A DNA stretch of 61,996 bases, filler included, from Limisphaerales bacterium (GTDB lineage Bacteria > Verrucomicrobiota > Verrucomicrobiia > Limisphaerales > SIBE01): NCBI GenBank assembly GCA_044225505.1. It is 4 parts of 4 records of this genome, joined end to end, with 100 filler letters (N's around TTAATTAATTAA, not from the genome) between each part and the next. Parts side by side here need not be neighbours in the genome. Positions count along the whole stretch, not along the records: positions 1 to 27,626 come from JBGAIN010000108.1; positions 27,727 to 56,559 come from JBGAIN010000109.1; 2 more parts are not named here. One strand, given 5' to 3'. The notes under the pieces were generated by a model. The model ran no database searches, was not told the DNA's origin, and worked only from the letters and a program-made list of their open reading frames with translations. Positions within the stretch are counted from its first letter, which is position 1; each line of letters starts with the position of its first letter. This document shows, one piece after another, positions 18,582-28,067 of this stretch. Both the position numbers and the translations under genes were made by a program.

Positions 18582-21500
18582 TCAGAGCTCAGCGCGGATT
18601 CGATAGAAATGCGGGCTTGAATCAGTTCCAAGTTCCACCGCGGCTTGTATTTCCCCGACTCCTGCCGACGAGGAAAGGTCCTGGAGCTTCTCCCAAGTTC
18701 CGGCGACGACACTCGCCCGATGCCAAAGTGAATAGCGATGTCCAGGCTCCGCAGGAAACATGATCATGAGCTTTCCGCCCACTGCGAGCGCTCGAACGAG
18801 CAAGCCGGGAGCTAGATTCTCGCCAGGGCTGCCTCCGTCCCGAGCACTCGGTTGCCAGGCACTGGCTACATCCTGGAGACGCACGGGGTCCAGTGGTTCG
18901 AGCGAACGACCTTGGCCATCGGTGGACGCGTACCAGTCTGGCGAATAGGACACGTCGAAGACGACTTCGCCCACGCCATCCTCTAGTCGCAGTTCTTCTC
19001 CAGCGTTGTCCAGCGTCCCGGAATAAGCACCCGCCAGGGGTTTTTCCGAGCCGTAGCGCGCCGTAAAGGCGGCTGGATTCTTGGCCACCAACACGTAGGC
19101 GCCGGGCCCCAGGTTCGTCACGGCCCCACTGGCAAAGGCGAAGGCAACACCTCGAGTGAAGCGAAGCCCAGCCAGATTGACGGAAACCGGGCCAGCATTC
19201 CACAACTCAATGAACTCAAAGTCTTCGTCGCTGAACAGGCTGCCTGGAGGAGGAGGCGCGGGATGATACATCAATTCCGTCAATCGGAGCCACTGTTGCG
19301 CCAGCGTCGGAGCACCAGGGTAATTCGTGGAGACGACAAGCCGTTCGCGATCGTCCACCACTTGCAACAACCCTCCCCGCGCCGAAAGTTGCCCGTGGTA
19401 ATCTCCTTGCACAAACAACCCTTGATTTCCATGCGGCGCATTCGTTCGTGCTCGAAAGGCCACCACGTTTGGCGATAGATAAAGGCGAGACCCCGCTGGA
19501 ATCACCGTCCCAGGCTTGAACCTAAAATTGACCTCACCCAAAACCTGCCAGTCGGTCACATCCAGGGCGAAGTCATTCGGATTGATCAGTTCCACATATT
19601 CCTCGTCCTGGCGGCCGGACGCTGGATTGAACTCGATCGCACCCATGGTCAACGTCACATCGCTAGGCTGGGCCGCGGGAATGCGCTCCGAATTGATGGT
19701 CGCTTTGTCGCTCTCAAAAAGAAAGTTACGCCTCCCAGGCAGGTGAATATCAATAATACGCTGAGCCTCCACTCTCGTGGGATTGCGATTGCCCCAAGAT
19801 CCCCATTTGGCGTAATCCAAGTCCGCGTCCGACTGCGCGATGTCGGGTGGGTCCAACCGGTCCACCCATTCTCGGATGCGCTTTTCGATTCTCAACTGGT
19901 CTGCTGGAGTGCCCGGGGCTTGCAGAATCGTATCCATGACCGTGCGCAATCGGCGGAGATACATGCGCCGAAAGTCTGGATGGCTAAAGATCAGAGTGTA
20001 AAGCCGGTTCCCTGGTTTTCCTTGCTGGCCGGAGTTGTAGAAGTTCAGAACATTATTCGTGTAAAGCGTGTCGGTGAAGTAACCGCCAGAATCTGTCCAA
20101 TTCCGGCCCCAGCTCAAGTCCACATCCCAGGGAAAGATAGTCCACTCACCAGACCGATCACTATCCCGGTAGAGGAAGAAGTTCTTGTGCCCGTGATCCT
20201 GGCTGCTGATCAACGACAAGGCTGTGAAGTAGCTAATCGTTTGGGGAAGATCGAGATTGTCGTAGGCGTAGGTCACACGGTCAGCCAGGGCTCGGGATGG
20301 GTTTAGGTTGGTGATGAGCTGCTGCAGATCCGCCGAGTCCTCTTCTCGCCGGGTTTTCTTTTCCGCCCCCCCCACGCTGTCCATCGCGTTGTACATTTTG
20401 TAAAGCGCGCCATTGGGGTTTCGTCCGAGGCGTCCTAGCCATCGATCGTCCGCATCTTCAAGCATATCGAGGATGGCGTGAAACTGACCATTCCGCTGCA
20501 CGCGCACGGGGAAAGCAAAGTGACCCACCGAGCCAGCCTGTTGAATCATCTCGTAGGCGAGCGTGTTGCGCGTCCTGGATTTGTCCGCGTAATTCGTCAG
20601 GAGTTTGATGTCCTTCACGCGCGCTTGGTTGGTGGCGTAGCGGAATCGATGATCGCGGGAGAAGTCGACGTTGTAGCCGTGCTTAGCGAATCCGCTGGTT
20701 GACTGGCCGTGAACGCTGAACAGGACATTGTCGTAGAATTCGCCCCCGAAAGCCACGGAACACCGGGCGCTTCCACCGGAGTCTGCCTGAGCGGGGTTTT
20801 CAATGAACCAGGAGAGAACGGGCAGTTTCGACTGAATGCTTGGATCGGCCCAAACCGCTCCAAGGTACTGCGACGATTCCTGCGGATCCAAATACAATGG
20901 CAGTCGCGATAAGTTCTGCGCAGCGTCGGACGCCGTAATGAAGTAGCGCACCATCTCTCCCGGTTTGGCCAACCCCAGCGGGAGCACCGCACCGAAAACG
21001 CCGTCATTCGCTTTCCCGTCCCCGTGGCTCCCGTCGTCCATCATTGGAACGGTGATTTCGGCGCCATACATGACGCGATAATGCAGGACCACTCCCGCAA
21101 CCGGCTGGAAGGTCCGCGTCACTTTGGCCGTCACTCGCACTTCATCGGTCGCGTTCGGCACGGCAGGGGCCTGCGCTACCTCCTCGATGAGCGGCCCCAG
21201 GACGGCGACGCCTCCGACGTTGGCCTCTCCGGGAGTCGGACGGACAAAATACGCTGGAGCCGCGTTGCTCGACGCCAACGGCTGGGCTTCGATCGTCGCC
21301 AGGAACAGTAAATCGCTGCTGCTCGCGCTGGTATTCAAGCCTCGGATTGCCAGCACATTTGTTCCGCGAATCACCAGATCCTGAAACGGAGTTAAGCTAA
21401 ACTCTTCCGGAATGACGGCTTCCGCGTCTGGATGGTTCGCCGTCGCCACCGAATTCCACGCAAGGGTCTCCGGAGCGTTGCGACTGGCGATCGGCTGGCC

Positions 21501-22283
21501 ATTGAGGTATGCCACAAACCCGTCATCATACTGCATCCAGAGACGCCAATGAGTCCACGCGCTCGGATTGTCCACAACGAAGGGAAGTCGAACATAACAC
21601 GACGTGTTCTGGGCGATAGCCGTGCGAATGTCCGTCCGGATCAAAGTCGCGTATTCGGCCGGCGACGTTTCAAACCCAACCCCGTTCAATCCCGCCGTCC
21701 ACGCCGAATCGTTGAACTCCGGCATCATCCAGACGGCCCCAATCGAATCATCCTTTGGCACAAATACTCGCGCCGCGGCCGTAGCTGTCAAAATCACAGC
21801 TGCCCCTGCCCGATCGCTAACTCCATAGGAGATATTCGGCAACTGCGCGGGATAGACAGGCGCGTAGGACGACACGACGCGCACTCCGTCCGGCGCCACC
21901 AGCGCCAGGTATTCGCCGTCCGTATCGAGCCGAAAGTTCGTATGGAGCGGTGCGCCTGGCGCGCGCCGATCTTTGCCTGACGCAAACACGACCAGGAAAC
22001 CGCCTGCCACCAAGTTGGTTTCTGGAAACCGCCACTTCACCAGATTCGTGCTGGTATCGGTAAGACACCAATTGCCTAGCGGAAGCGTCGCGGAAGTGTT
22101 GTTTTGAATCTCTATCCAATCGGGAGACTCGCCATCTTCGTCTTGGAGGAGACCATCGTTCTGAGCCAAGAACTCGCTGATGACCTGGCCTTGGACGGAA
22201 AAGCCCGTTGCCAGAGCCAGCCATGCCACGATGCAAAACAAGGCAGCGCTAGGACGACCACAGAACAGAGGTGAACTCATCAC
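18582..22283 (-). CDS. Lamin-tail domain / CotH kinase family secreted protein
   Basis: Three lamin-tail domains ('ISEFLAQN..DWIEI', 'EYVELIN', 'TELMYHP..EFIEL'), 'DDG.HGDG.ANDGVF' motif, CotH core 'DHGHKNFFLY...PWDVDLSWG'. Confidence 0.88.
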   Translation of the reverse strand: MMSSPLFCGRPSAALFCIVAWLALATGFSVQGQVISEFLAQNDGLLQDEDGESPDWIEIQNNTSATLPLGNWCLTDTSTNLVKWRFPETNLVAGGFLVVFASGKDRRAPGAPLHTNFRLDTDGEYLALVAPDGVRVVSSYAPVYPAQLPNISYGVSDRAGAAVILTATAAARVFVPKDDSIGAVWMMPEFNDSAWTAGLNGVGFETSPAEYATLIRTDIRTAIAQNTSCYVRLPFVVDNPSAWTHWRLWMQYDDGFVAYLNGQPIASRNAPETLAWNSVATANHPDAEAVIPEEFSLTPFQDLVIRGTNVLAIRGLNTSASSSDLLFLATIEAQPLASSNAAPAYFVRPTPGEANVGGVAVLGPLIEEVAQAPAVPNATDEVRVTAKVTRTFQPVAGVVLHYRVMYGAEITVPMMDDGSHGDGKANDGVFGAVLPLGLAKPGEMVRYFITASDAAQNLSRLPLYLDPQESSQYLGAVWADPSIQSKLPVLSWFIENPAQADSGGSARCSVAFGGEFYDNVLFSVHGQSTSGFAKHGYNVDFSRDHRFRYATNQARVKDIKLLTNYADKSRTRNTLAYEMIQQAGSVGHFAFPVRVQRNGQFHAILDMLEDADDRWLGRLGRNPNGALYKMYNAMDSVGGAEKKTRREEDSADLQQLITNLNPSRALADRVTYAYDNLDLPQTISYFTALSLISSQDHGHKNFFLYRDSDRSGEWTIFPWDVDLSWGRNWTDSGGYFTDTLYTNNVLNFYNSGQQGKPGNRLYTLIFSHPDFRRMYLRRLRTVMDTILQAPGTPADQLRIEKRIREWVDRLDPPDIAQSDADLDYAKWGSWGNRNPTRVEAQRIIDIHLPGRRNFLFESDKATINSERIPAAQPSDVTLTMGAIEFNPASGRQDEEYVELINPNDFALDVTDWQVLGEVNFRFKPGTVIPAGSRLYLSPNVVAFRARTNAPHGNQGLFVQGDYHGQLSARGGLLQVVDDRERLVVSTNYPGAPTLAQQWLRLTELMYHPAPPPPGSLFSDEDFEFIELWNAGPVSVNLAGLRFTRGVAFAFASGAVTNLGPGAYVLVAKNPAAFTARYGSEKPLAGAYSGTLDNAGEELRLEDGVGEVVFDVSYSPDWYASTDGQGRSLEPLDPVRLQDVASAWQPSARDGGSPGENLAPGLLVRALAVGGKLMIMFPAEPGHRYSLWHRASVVAGTWEKLQDLSSSAGVGEIQAAVELGTDSSPHFYRIRAEL

Positions 22284-22447
22284 CTAATCGATATAGCCAC
22301 TCCCGTGCCAATGTCGACAGAGCACCGCAGCTTTCGACGATTTGGCCCCTTTTCTCATTGCGCCTCGCGCATGACGGATGGACTTGGGAGAATTCCCCCG
22401 CCCGCCAGCTGGCTTTGGCAGTGGTTAGGCACAAGGACCTTCCCCGG

Positions 22448-23605
22448 CTATTTCCCGGGCCGCCGCTCCTCCAGGCTCGGTAACTTGGGAAATGGCGCGT
22501 GCGGCTCTGTTTGATACCAGTAGGCCACAGATGCAATATTGTCGGAGAGTTTCTTGTATTTTCCGTCGGTGCCCCAGCCCAGCGCCTGAATGGTGACTTT
22601 GAGATCCTGGTCAAACGCAATGGGGTCTAGAATATGCCATCGGTACAGGCTCCAGTAGCTGGGAGGCTCGCCATCGGCATTGCTGGCCAGCGTTGTACCG
22701 CTGTAAGCGCTCGTAAACGACTCGGGAAAGCCGTAACTTCCCTCGAAATAATCCTCCGTCCCAGTGCCGCAGATCGTTGGAAAGTCGCGGTCGCCGTCCA
22801 GGAAAAACTTAATCTCGCCCTCGCCAAACCAGCCTTTGGAACGTTGGGTCCAGGCGAGAAATGTTCCGGCGTACCGTCCTTTTCCTCGAACGTTGTCGAG
22901 AATCACGTAGGGATTCACGGTCCCGGTGTCCGCTCGCCGCCATTGCGCGTGAAAATAGCCCGCATTAGCCGGGACCGAATCCAAGGCATACGTGATCTGG
23001 AAGGCGAGCAACTCCAGGTCCTTGGCGCTTTCGTTGCTGAACGTGACCCGCGCGTGCTTGCGGAACGGCATGGGCCAATAGCAGTTCAGGGCATTCGCCG
23101 GATTCACCACCACCGCTTGCGAATTCACGCGAGCGAACTTTTCGTGGCCGACCGCGAAGAAGTCGGGTGCTGGGACCTCGACAGACGGGCTGTTCTCGTC
23201 ATCCCAGTAGAAGCGGAGGACGTGCGCTCGGCTCAAGCCCTCCACCATCCAGATATGTTGAATGATTCCGGGGCCAGCCACATCCATCAACGTCACGGTC
23301 TCTCCGGCATTCACCCGCAAGAATGGCCGCACCTTCCAACCTTTCCCTAAGTCATCCGCCGCCCGCGCGCTCGCCGCAGGTTTGGCTTCCCGCGGGTTGG
23401 GGATCGCTTTGCCGCCTTCACCACGCGCCCCGGTGGGATTTTCCGCGGAGATAGATCGAGTCCGAGCCGAGGTGAGCATCGGCAGATGGCTCAAACCGCC
23501 TTGTAGCGGGGACACGGGATTCTGCGGATGGGCGCAGCCGAGCAGGCAGACCGCCAGCAGACTAAGGGAGGAAGCGAAGCCTGTGGGATAACATCGGTGG
23601 TTCAC
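22448..23605 (-). CDS. Glycoside hydrolase family 172 (DUF2961) lipoprotein
   Basis: Lipobox 'LLGC'; 'SISAENPTG', 'GPGIIQHIW', 'WFGEGE', 'GTGTEDYF', 'SVAYWYQ'. Confidence 0.92.
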   Translation of the reverse strand: MNHRCYPTGFASSLSLLAVCLLGCAHPQNPVSPLQGGLSHLPMLTSARTRSISAENPTGARGEGGKAIPNPREAKPAASARAADDLGKGWKVRPFLRVNAGETVTLMDVAGPGIIQHIWMVEGLSRAHVLRFYWDDENSPSVEVPAPDFFAVGHEKFARVNSQAVVVNPANALNCYWPMPFRKHARVTFSNESAKDLELLAFQITYALDSVPANAGYFHAQWRRADTGTVNPYVILDNVRGKGRYAGTFLAWTQRSKGWFGEGEIKFFLDGDRDFPTICGTGTEDYFEGSYGFPESFTSAYSGTTLASNADGEPPSYWSLYRWHILDPIAFDQDLKVTIQALGWGTDGKYKKLSDNIASVAYWYQTEPHAPFPKLPSLEERRPGK

Positions 23606-23740
23606 GAACGCACTCTAGAACAAGTCTGCCGCCGACTGCAATCACCGCCGCTGACACCCACTCCCGTTCGCCTTGATAAGCCGTGCATTTGTCTTGGCGC
23701 AATTGCGTGGGACATCGTAACTTGACTCATCACCAGACCC

Positions 23741-24808
23741 ATGATGACGAATCCCAGCCTTAGAAGTTATTCGAAATACGGCGTTGCTCTGCTCCTCTAC
23801 ACTTTGCTCGCCGCGCCCGCCCGATCAGCCGACGGAAACACCGCCCGCAACGGTGACGAAGGGAACGGCCACTTTACGATTGGGCCCGAATACCAGATCG
23901 ACCCGGACCTCAAAGACGTGGGCAATCCGAAGGGGAAATCGTTTGAGTTCACTCTGCGCCTCGCGGAGAGCAAGACTTTCCCTGGCAATGACGCCACACT
24001 TGAACCGCAAAAGCATCCGGTGCGGGTGGAGCGCAAAATTTACGTCTACGTTCCGGCAGTATACGTCGATGGCACGAAAGCTCCTCTCCTCATTATTCAT
24101 GACGGTCCCGGCCAGCTGAATCTCGTCCGCAACGCGTTGGATAACCTCACAGTCGCGAAAGATCCAGAACGGCGACTTCCTGGCTTCATTGCTGTGGCTG
24201 TGCAGAATGGAGGAGACGACGGCAAGAACAGTGAGCGCGGATTGGAGTACGATACCATGTCCGATCGACTCGCCCGCTTCATCAACGACGAAGTCCTGCC
24301 CGCCGTGCTCGGCAACGCTGAGGTGAAATCGGCCTACCCGCATTTGGCGTTCACGGACGATCCCTGGGGGCGCGCGGTGATGGGCTGCAGTTCGGGTGGC
24401 GCCGCCGCGCTGACGATGGGTTGGTTCCGACCGGACCTGTTCCGGCGCCTGATCGCGTACTCCGGCACCTTTGTCGACCAGCAAGACGACGACGCGCCGG
24501 AAGAAGCGAAATACCCTCTGGGAGCTTGGGAATACCACTCGAGCATGAAGCTAATCGAAACCGGAGAAAAGAAGCCGCTCCGCATTTTCACGCATGTGTC
24601 CGAAAACGACAATCGTCCTAAAGATCCAGAAGAGACCCACCACAACTGGGTCATGGCGGGACAGCGCACGGCCGCCGCTCTCCAAGCAAAAGGTTATCCG
24701 CACCGGTTTGTCTTTAGCTTGGCTTCCAGACACTGCGACCGGCGTGTTTTTGAACAGACGTTGGCGGACACCCTCGTCTGGATCTGGCGCGACTATCGGC
24801 CAGAGTGA
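23741..24808 (+). CDS. Secreted alpha/beta-hydrolase (enterochelin esterase-like)
   Basis: Nucleophile elbow 'GCSSGG', 'ERGLEYD', 'VYVPAVY'; signal peptide. Confidence 0.85.
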   Translation: MMTNPSLRSYSKYGVALLLYTLLAAPARSADGNTARNGDEGNGHFTIGPEYQIDPDLKDVGNPKGKSFEFTLRLAESKTFPGNDATLEPQKHPVRVERKIYVYVPAVYVDGTKAPLLIIHDGPGQLNLVRNALDNLTVAKDPERRLPGFIAVAVQNGGDDGKNSERGLEYDTMSDRLARFINDEVLPAVLGNAEVKSAYPHLAFTDDPWGRAVMGCSSGGAAALTMGWFRPDLFRRLIAYSGTFVDQQDDDAPEEAKYPLGAWEYHSSMKLIETGEKKPLRIFTHVSENDNRPKDPEETHHNWVMAGQRTAAALQAKGYPHRFVFSLASRHCDRRVFEQTLADTLVWIWRDYRPE

Positions 24809-24949
24809 ACGGAACCCAAATTTCGAAGCGTCGGTGCCCACACCACAGCGAGGAGCGCCTCATCGCCCAACGAAGCGTTGCGCCCCTGAGGAGACTCACT
24901 CCTCGGAATCCGTCTTGTCGGCCGGGGCCAGTTCGGCAAACTTGATGTC

Positions 24950-26401
24950 ATGGACGGTTACCGATTTACGAACGGGACTGCTTCCCGCCGGCACGGCCCT
25001 TGGGTCGTCTCGGCTTCCAAAACGTGGTTCCTCTTCGTGGGGATCGCGACGCTGGCCTTTCCTTGCGGTCACGCCGCCGGCCCACTGCGGCGCAGCGAAC
25101 AGAACCCGCGCTATTTTACCGATGACAGCGGCCAAGCCATTTATCTGACCGGGTCTCATACCTGGGCGAGCTTGCAGGATTTTGGAACGCGCTACCCGGC
25201 TACCCCATTTGATTTTCCAGCCTACCTCTCGCTCCTGGAACGGCATCATCATAACTTCATTCGCCTTTGGCGCTGGGAATTCCCTCACTGGATCGAGAGC
25301 CAAGGCGCCCAAGTCTTTTACTGTTCACCTCAACCTTGGGCCCGATCTGGACCAGGCCAGGCATTAGACGGTCAACTGAAGTTCAACCTGGAGCGCTTTG
25401 ATTCGTCCTACTTTAAACGTCTCCGGACTCGCACTCAGGCCGCGGCGCAACGCGGGATCTACGTGTCCATCATGCTTTTTGAAGGTTGGGGCCTGCGGTT
25501 TGTGCCAGGCGGAGCGAGGGCTCATCCGTTCTATCGAGAGAACAACGTGAATGGTACCGGTGAGTTTCTTAAAGACGATTTCAAGGGAATCGACCTGTTC
25601 ACTCTGGCGCGTCCGCAAGTCCTCGCATTGCAGGAAGCTTACGTTCGCAAAGTCATCGATACCGTCAACGACCTGGATAATGTGCTCTACGAAGTCGCCA
25701 ACGAAAGCGACTTCACCACGACCGAGTGGCAATACCACATGATCCGATTTGTGAAAGCGTATGAAGCCAAGCTTCCCAAGCAGCATCCCGTAGGCATGAC
25801 TTCCATCGGTTACGGCGTCGATGATCTCGATCGCTTGCTCAAAAGCCCTGCCGATTGGATCTCTCCGAACCCGGACCATTTCGACTACAAAACGAATCCG
25901 CCAGCCGCCGACGGAACCAAAGTTATCCTCCTCGATACCGATCATCTCTGGGGCGTCGGCGGCGGTGTGCCTTGGGTCTGGAAGAGCTTCCTGCGCGGTC
26001 TCAACCCAATCTGGATGGACCCACTGGACGAAGCGTCGCCTTGGGAACCGACTCCCAAAGACGCGAAGGCGGTACGCTCGAACCTTGGCGAGGCCCGTCG
26101 CTTTGCCGAACGAATCCATTTGGCCGCGATGTACCCCGCGCCTGAACTCAGTTCCACGAGCTACTGCCAGGCGAACGAAGGGGTCGAATACATGGTTTAC
26201 CAACCCGAGCCGGGCAAAGAGTTCACCGTGAAGCTCACGTCGGGAAAGTACCACGTCGAATGGTATAGTCCCAACCAGGGCGCGACTGTCGCCGGTTTAA
26301 CGATCCAAGCGACGGACAGCCCCACTTCCTTCAAGGCTCCCTTCGCGAGCGACGTTGTCCTGCTTCTGACCGCAGAGCCTCCAATTCGTCTCCCCCGTTA
26401 A
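24950..26401 (+). CDS. DUF6298-like putative glycoside hydrolase (clan GH-A-like TIM barrel) with C-terminal collagen-binding-like domain
   Basis: 'NPRYF', 'LTGSHTW', 'YEVANE', 'DTDHLWG', C-terminal 'Y.VEWYSP..G...APF..D.VL'. Confidence 0.7.
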   Translation: MDGYRFTNGTASRRHGPWVVSASKTWFLFVGIATLAFPCGHAAGPLRRSEQNPRYFTDDSGQAIYLTGSHTWASLQDFGTRYPATPFDFPAYLSLLERHHHNFIRLWRWEFPHWIESQGAQVFYCSPQPWARSGPGQALDGQLKFNLERFDSSYFKRLRTRTQAAAQRGIYVSIMLFEGWGLRFVPGGARAHPFYRENNVNGTGEFLKDDFKGIDLFTLARPQVLALQEAYVRKVIDTVNDLDNVLYEVANESDFTTTEWQYHMIRFVKAYEAKLPKQHPVGMTSIGYGVDDLDRLLKSPADWISPNPDHFDYKTNPPAADGTKVILLDTDHLWGVGGGVPWVWKSFLRGLNPIWMDPLDEASPWEPTPKDAKAVRSNLGEARRFAERIHLAAMYPAPELSSTSYCQANEGVEYMVYQPEPGKEFTVKLTSGKYHVEWYSPNQGATVAGLTIQATDSPTSFKAPFASDVVLLLTAEPPIRLPR

Positions 26402-26575
26402 CCCACGATGGACTCCGGTCCACTCGTGCCGTTTCCTCACCCGCGAAACCTCAGTTTCCTTTAGGTCTTCTTTTGGCGTTCGACTCTTGATATCCAGACT
26501 GTCGCTCCCAGGATCAAATCTCGGGATTTATCCCCCAAGAACCCTCGCCTGGCAGACGGCGCCTGCACCGAATTG

Positions 26576-26815
26576 CTACGTGATTTCTGCAAGACGATTA
26601 GCTAAATCGCGTCCGGACGTAGGTGGCGGTAGCGGCTTGCCGTCTTGGTGATACAAGTTGATCATTTCCTCAACCATCTCGCATAACTCGTCGAAGACCT
26701 GTTTCTCGTCGGAGCCGTGACAGCCACCATAGAATAGGCCCGGACACGATCCAACAAAGCACTGATCCTCGTTCGACCATTCCACAATTTTCGGATAACG
26801 CGCGCTCTCTTTCAT
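26576..26815 (-). CDS. HicB-family antitoxin-like small protein
   Basis: 'VEWSNEDQCFVGSCPGL...GCHG...DGKPLPPP' HicB RNase H-like pattern; ATG 26815; no hicA nearby. Confidence 0.75.
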   Translation of the reverse strand: MKESARYPKIVEWSNEDQCFVGSCPGLFYGGCHGSDEKQVFDELCEMVEEMINLYHQDGKPLPPPTSGRDLANRLAEIT

Positions 26816-26827
26816 CGGTTCGCCTCT

Positions 26828-26907
26828 TTGTTTCATTGGTTCCTGTGTCGCCAAGCCAAGTGGTTTGTTGTTTCATTGGTTCCTGTGTCGCCAAGCCAAG
26901 TGGTTTG
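26828..26907. repeat. Perfect 2 x 40-bp tandem repeat (left end of the degenerate element)
   Basis: TTGTTTCATTGGTTCCTGTGTCGCCAAGCCAAGTGGTTTG at 26828-26867 and 26868-26907. Confidence 0.95.
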
Positions 26908-26935
26908 AGCAAAACAGGATGCAATTTCGTTAACG

Positions 26936-27266
26936 TTACAAAATGACTTTGCGGCCGCTTTTCGGGCCTGTTTCTTGCCCGTAAACTGACGCCATTTCCC
27001 GCAAAACGCTCAACAATCCCTCCCCAAGGTCGGCCACTTCAGTTTCTCGGCGCGTTAGAACCATGGGCTTAGCCTTTTTCACTAATCCAGGTAAGGGCCC
27101 TCCTCCACCTGCGTCGCATGAAAGTTATCGCCCCAAAACGCGCTCATCCGCCCTGGCGCCGGTTGTAGGCGTCTCGGGCAAACTTCAACACAAACGCTCG
27201 ATTGTTACACCGATGGGTCACGTGCTAGATCCCGCCGCTGGAATCGAATGGGTTGGCCCGTCCCAC
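26936..27266 (-). pseudogene. Internally deleted REP-associated / IS200-like tyrosine (Y1) transposase remnant
   Basis: From GTG 27266: MGRANPFDSSGGI*HVTHRCNNRAFVLKFARD (RAYT N-terminal 'YHVT.RC' with the Tyr codon as TAG), followed shortly by a C-terminal-like piece 'GLVKKAKPMVLTRRETEV...VLREMASVYGQ' ending TAA 26936; HUH core absent. Confidence 0.65.
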
Positions 27267-27387
27267 AAGCCGCAGCTTACCAAGACGCCTCATCTCCTTA
27301 CAGCCCTGAAACGGTCTCGAGAATCGAGCGCAAGCTCCAATCTTAACGTTAACGAAATTCCAAGCTACTCAGCCACAGCCGCTTGTT

Positions 27388-27448
27388 TCGGCGACACTGG
27401 GCTCTAAGACTCTCGGCGACACTGGGCTCTAACTGGGCTCTAAGACTC
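27388..27448. repeat. Tandemly reiterated 25-bp unit (right end of the degenerate element)
   Basis: TCGGCGACACTGGGCTCTAAGACTC, then a 20-bp partial and a 16-bp partial copy; GGCGACAC is the inverse of GTGTCGCC in the left repeat. Confidence 0.9.
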
Positions 27449-27626
27449 TACCAATGATTTGTGTGCTCCAGTGATGCTCGTCGCCGTTTGCTGAATGCGA
27501 TGCGAACGCTGGTCGCGATCTGTCGCACATACCGGGAGCAATTAGCTCCTGGATTCCGGCGCGACGCCACGGCGCGCTCGACCGCATACCTTTATTGCGG
27601 GCCAACGCTGGACGTGATGGTTCGCG

Positions 27627-27726
27627 NNNNNNNNNNNNNNNNNNNNNNNNNNNNNNNNNNNNNNNNNNNNTTAATTAATTAANNNNNNNNNNNNNNNNNN
27701 NNNNNNNNNNNNNNNNNNNNNNNNNN
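27627..27726. other. Assembly gap / artificial contig linker
   Basis: N44-TTAATTAATTAA-N44, stops in all six frames. Confidence 0.98.
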
Positions 27727-28067
27727 GATGTGTTGTCACCAGTTCTGGTGACTGGTGAGGATCCGGTCTTTTGCTACTGTGTAGGCATTGGTGAGGCGCA
27801 CAAACGCGGTTGTCCGTGTGTGTAGTAAAATGCGTGGTCCGCGGCGCAGCGTCTCGGGAGAAATGAATTTGTTCTCGGAACGGGCCGGATGCAAATCCGG
27901 CCCGCCTTCTTTTCAGGACCCCCTTCGACACGGAAACGCTTTGGATTTCCCCCGTTTGCCCTGAACAACCTTGTGCCGTTTCGCGGGGAACCTTGCCAGG
28001 ACGCCAGCGATTCGATATTGGGAAGGCATCGCATTCAAGCCACCCCAGTATTCTCACGCACTCCCTT

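Noticed and set aside
26828..26907. 40-bp repeat as a CRISPR array
   Set aside because: Only two directly abutting copies, no spacers, no cas genes
27627..27726. TTAATTAATTAA palindrome seen three times
   Set aside because: Always centred in N44 flanks: an artificial six-frame-stop linker; adjacency across the gaps is not guaranteed
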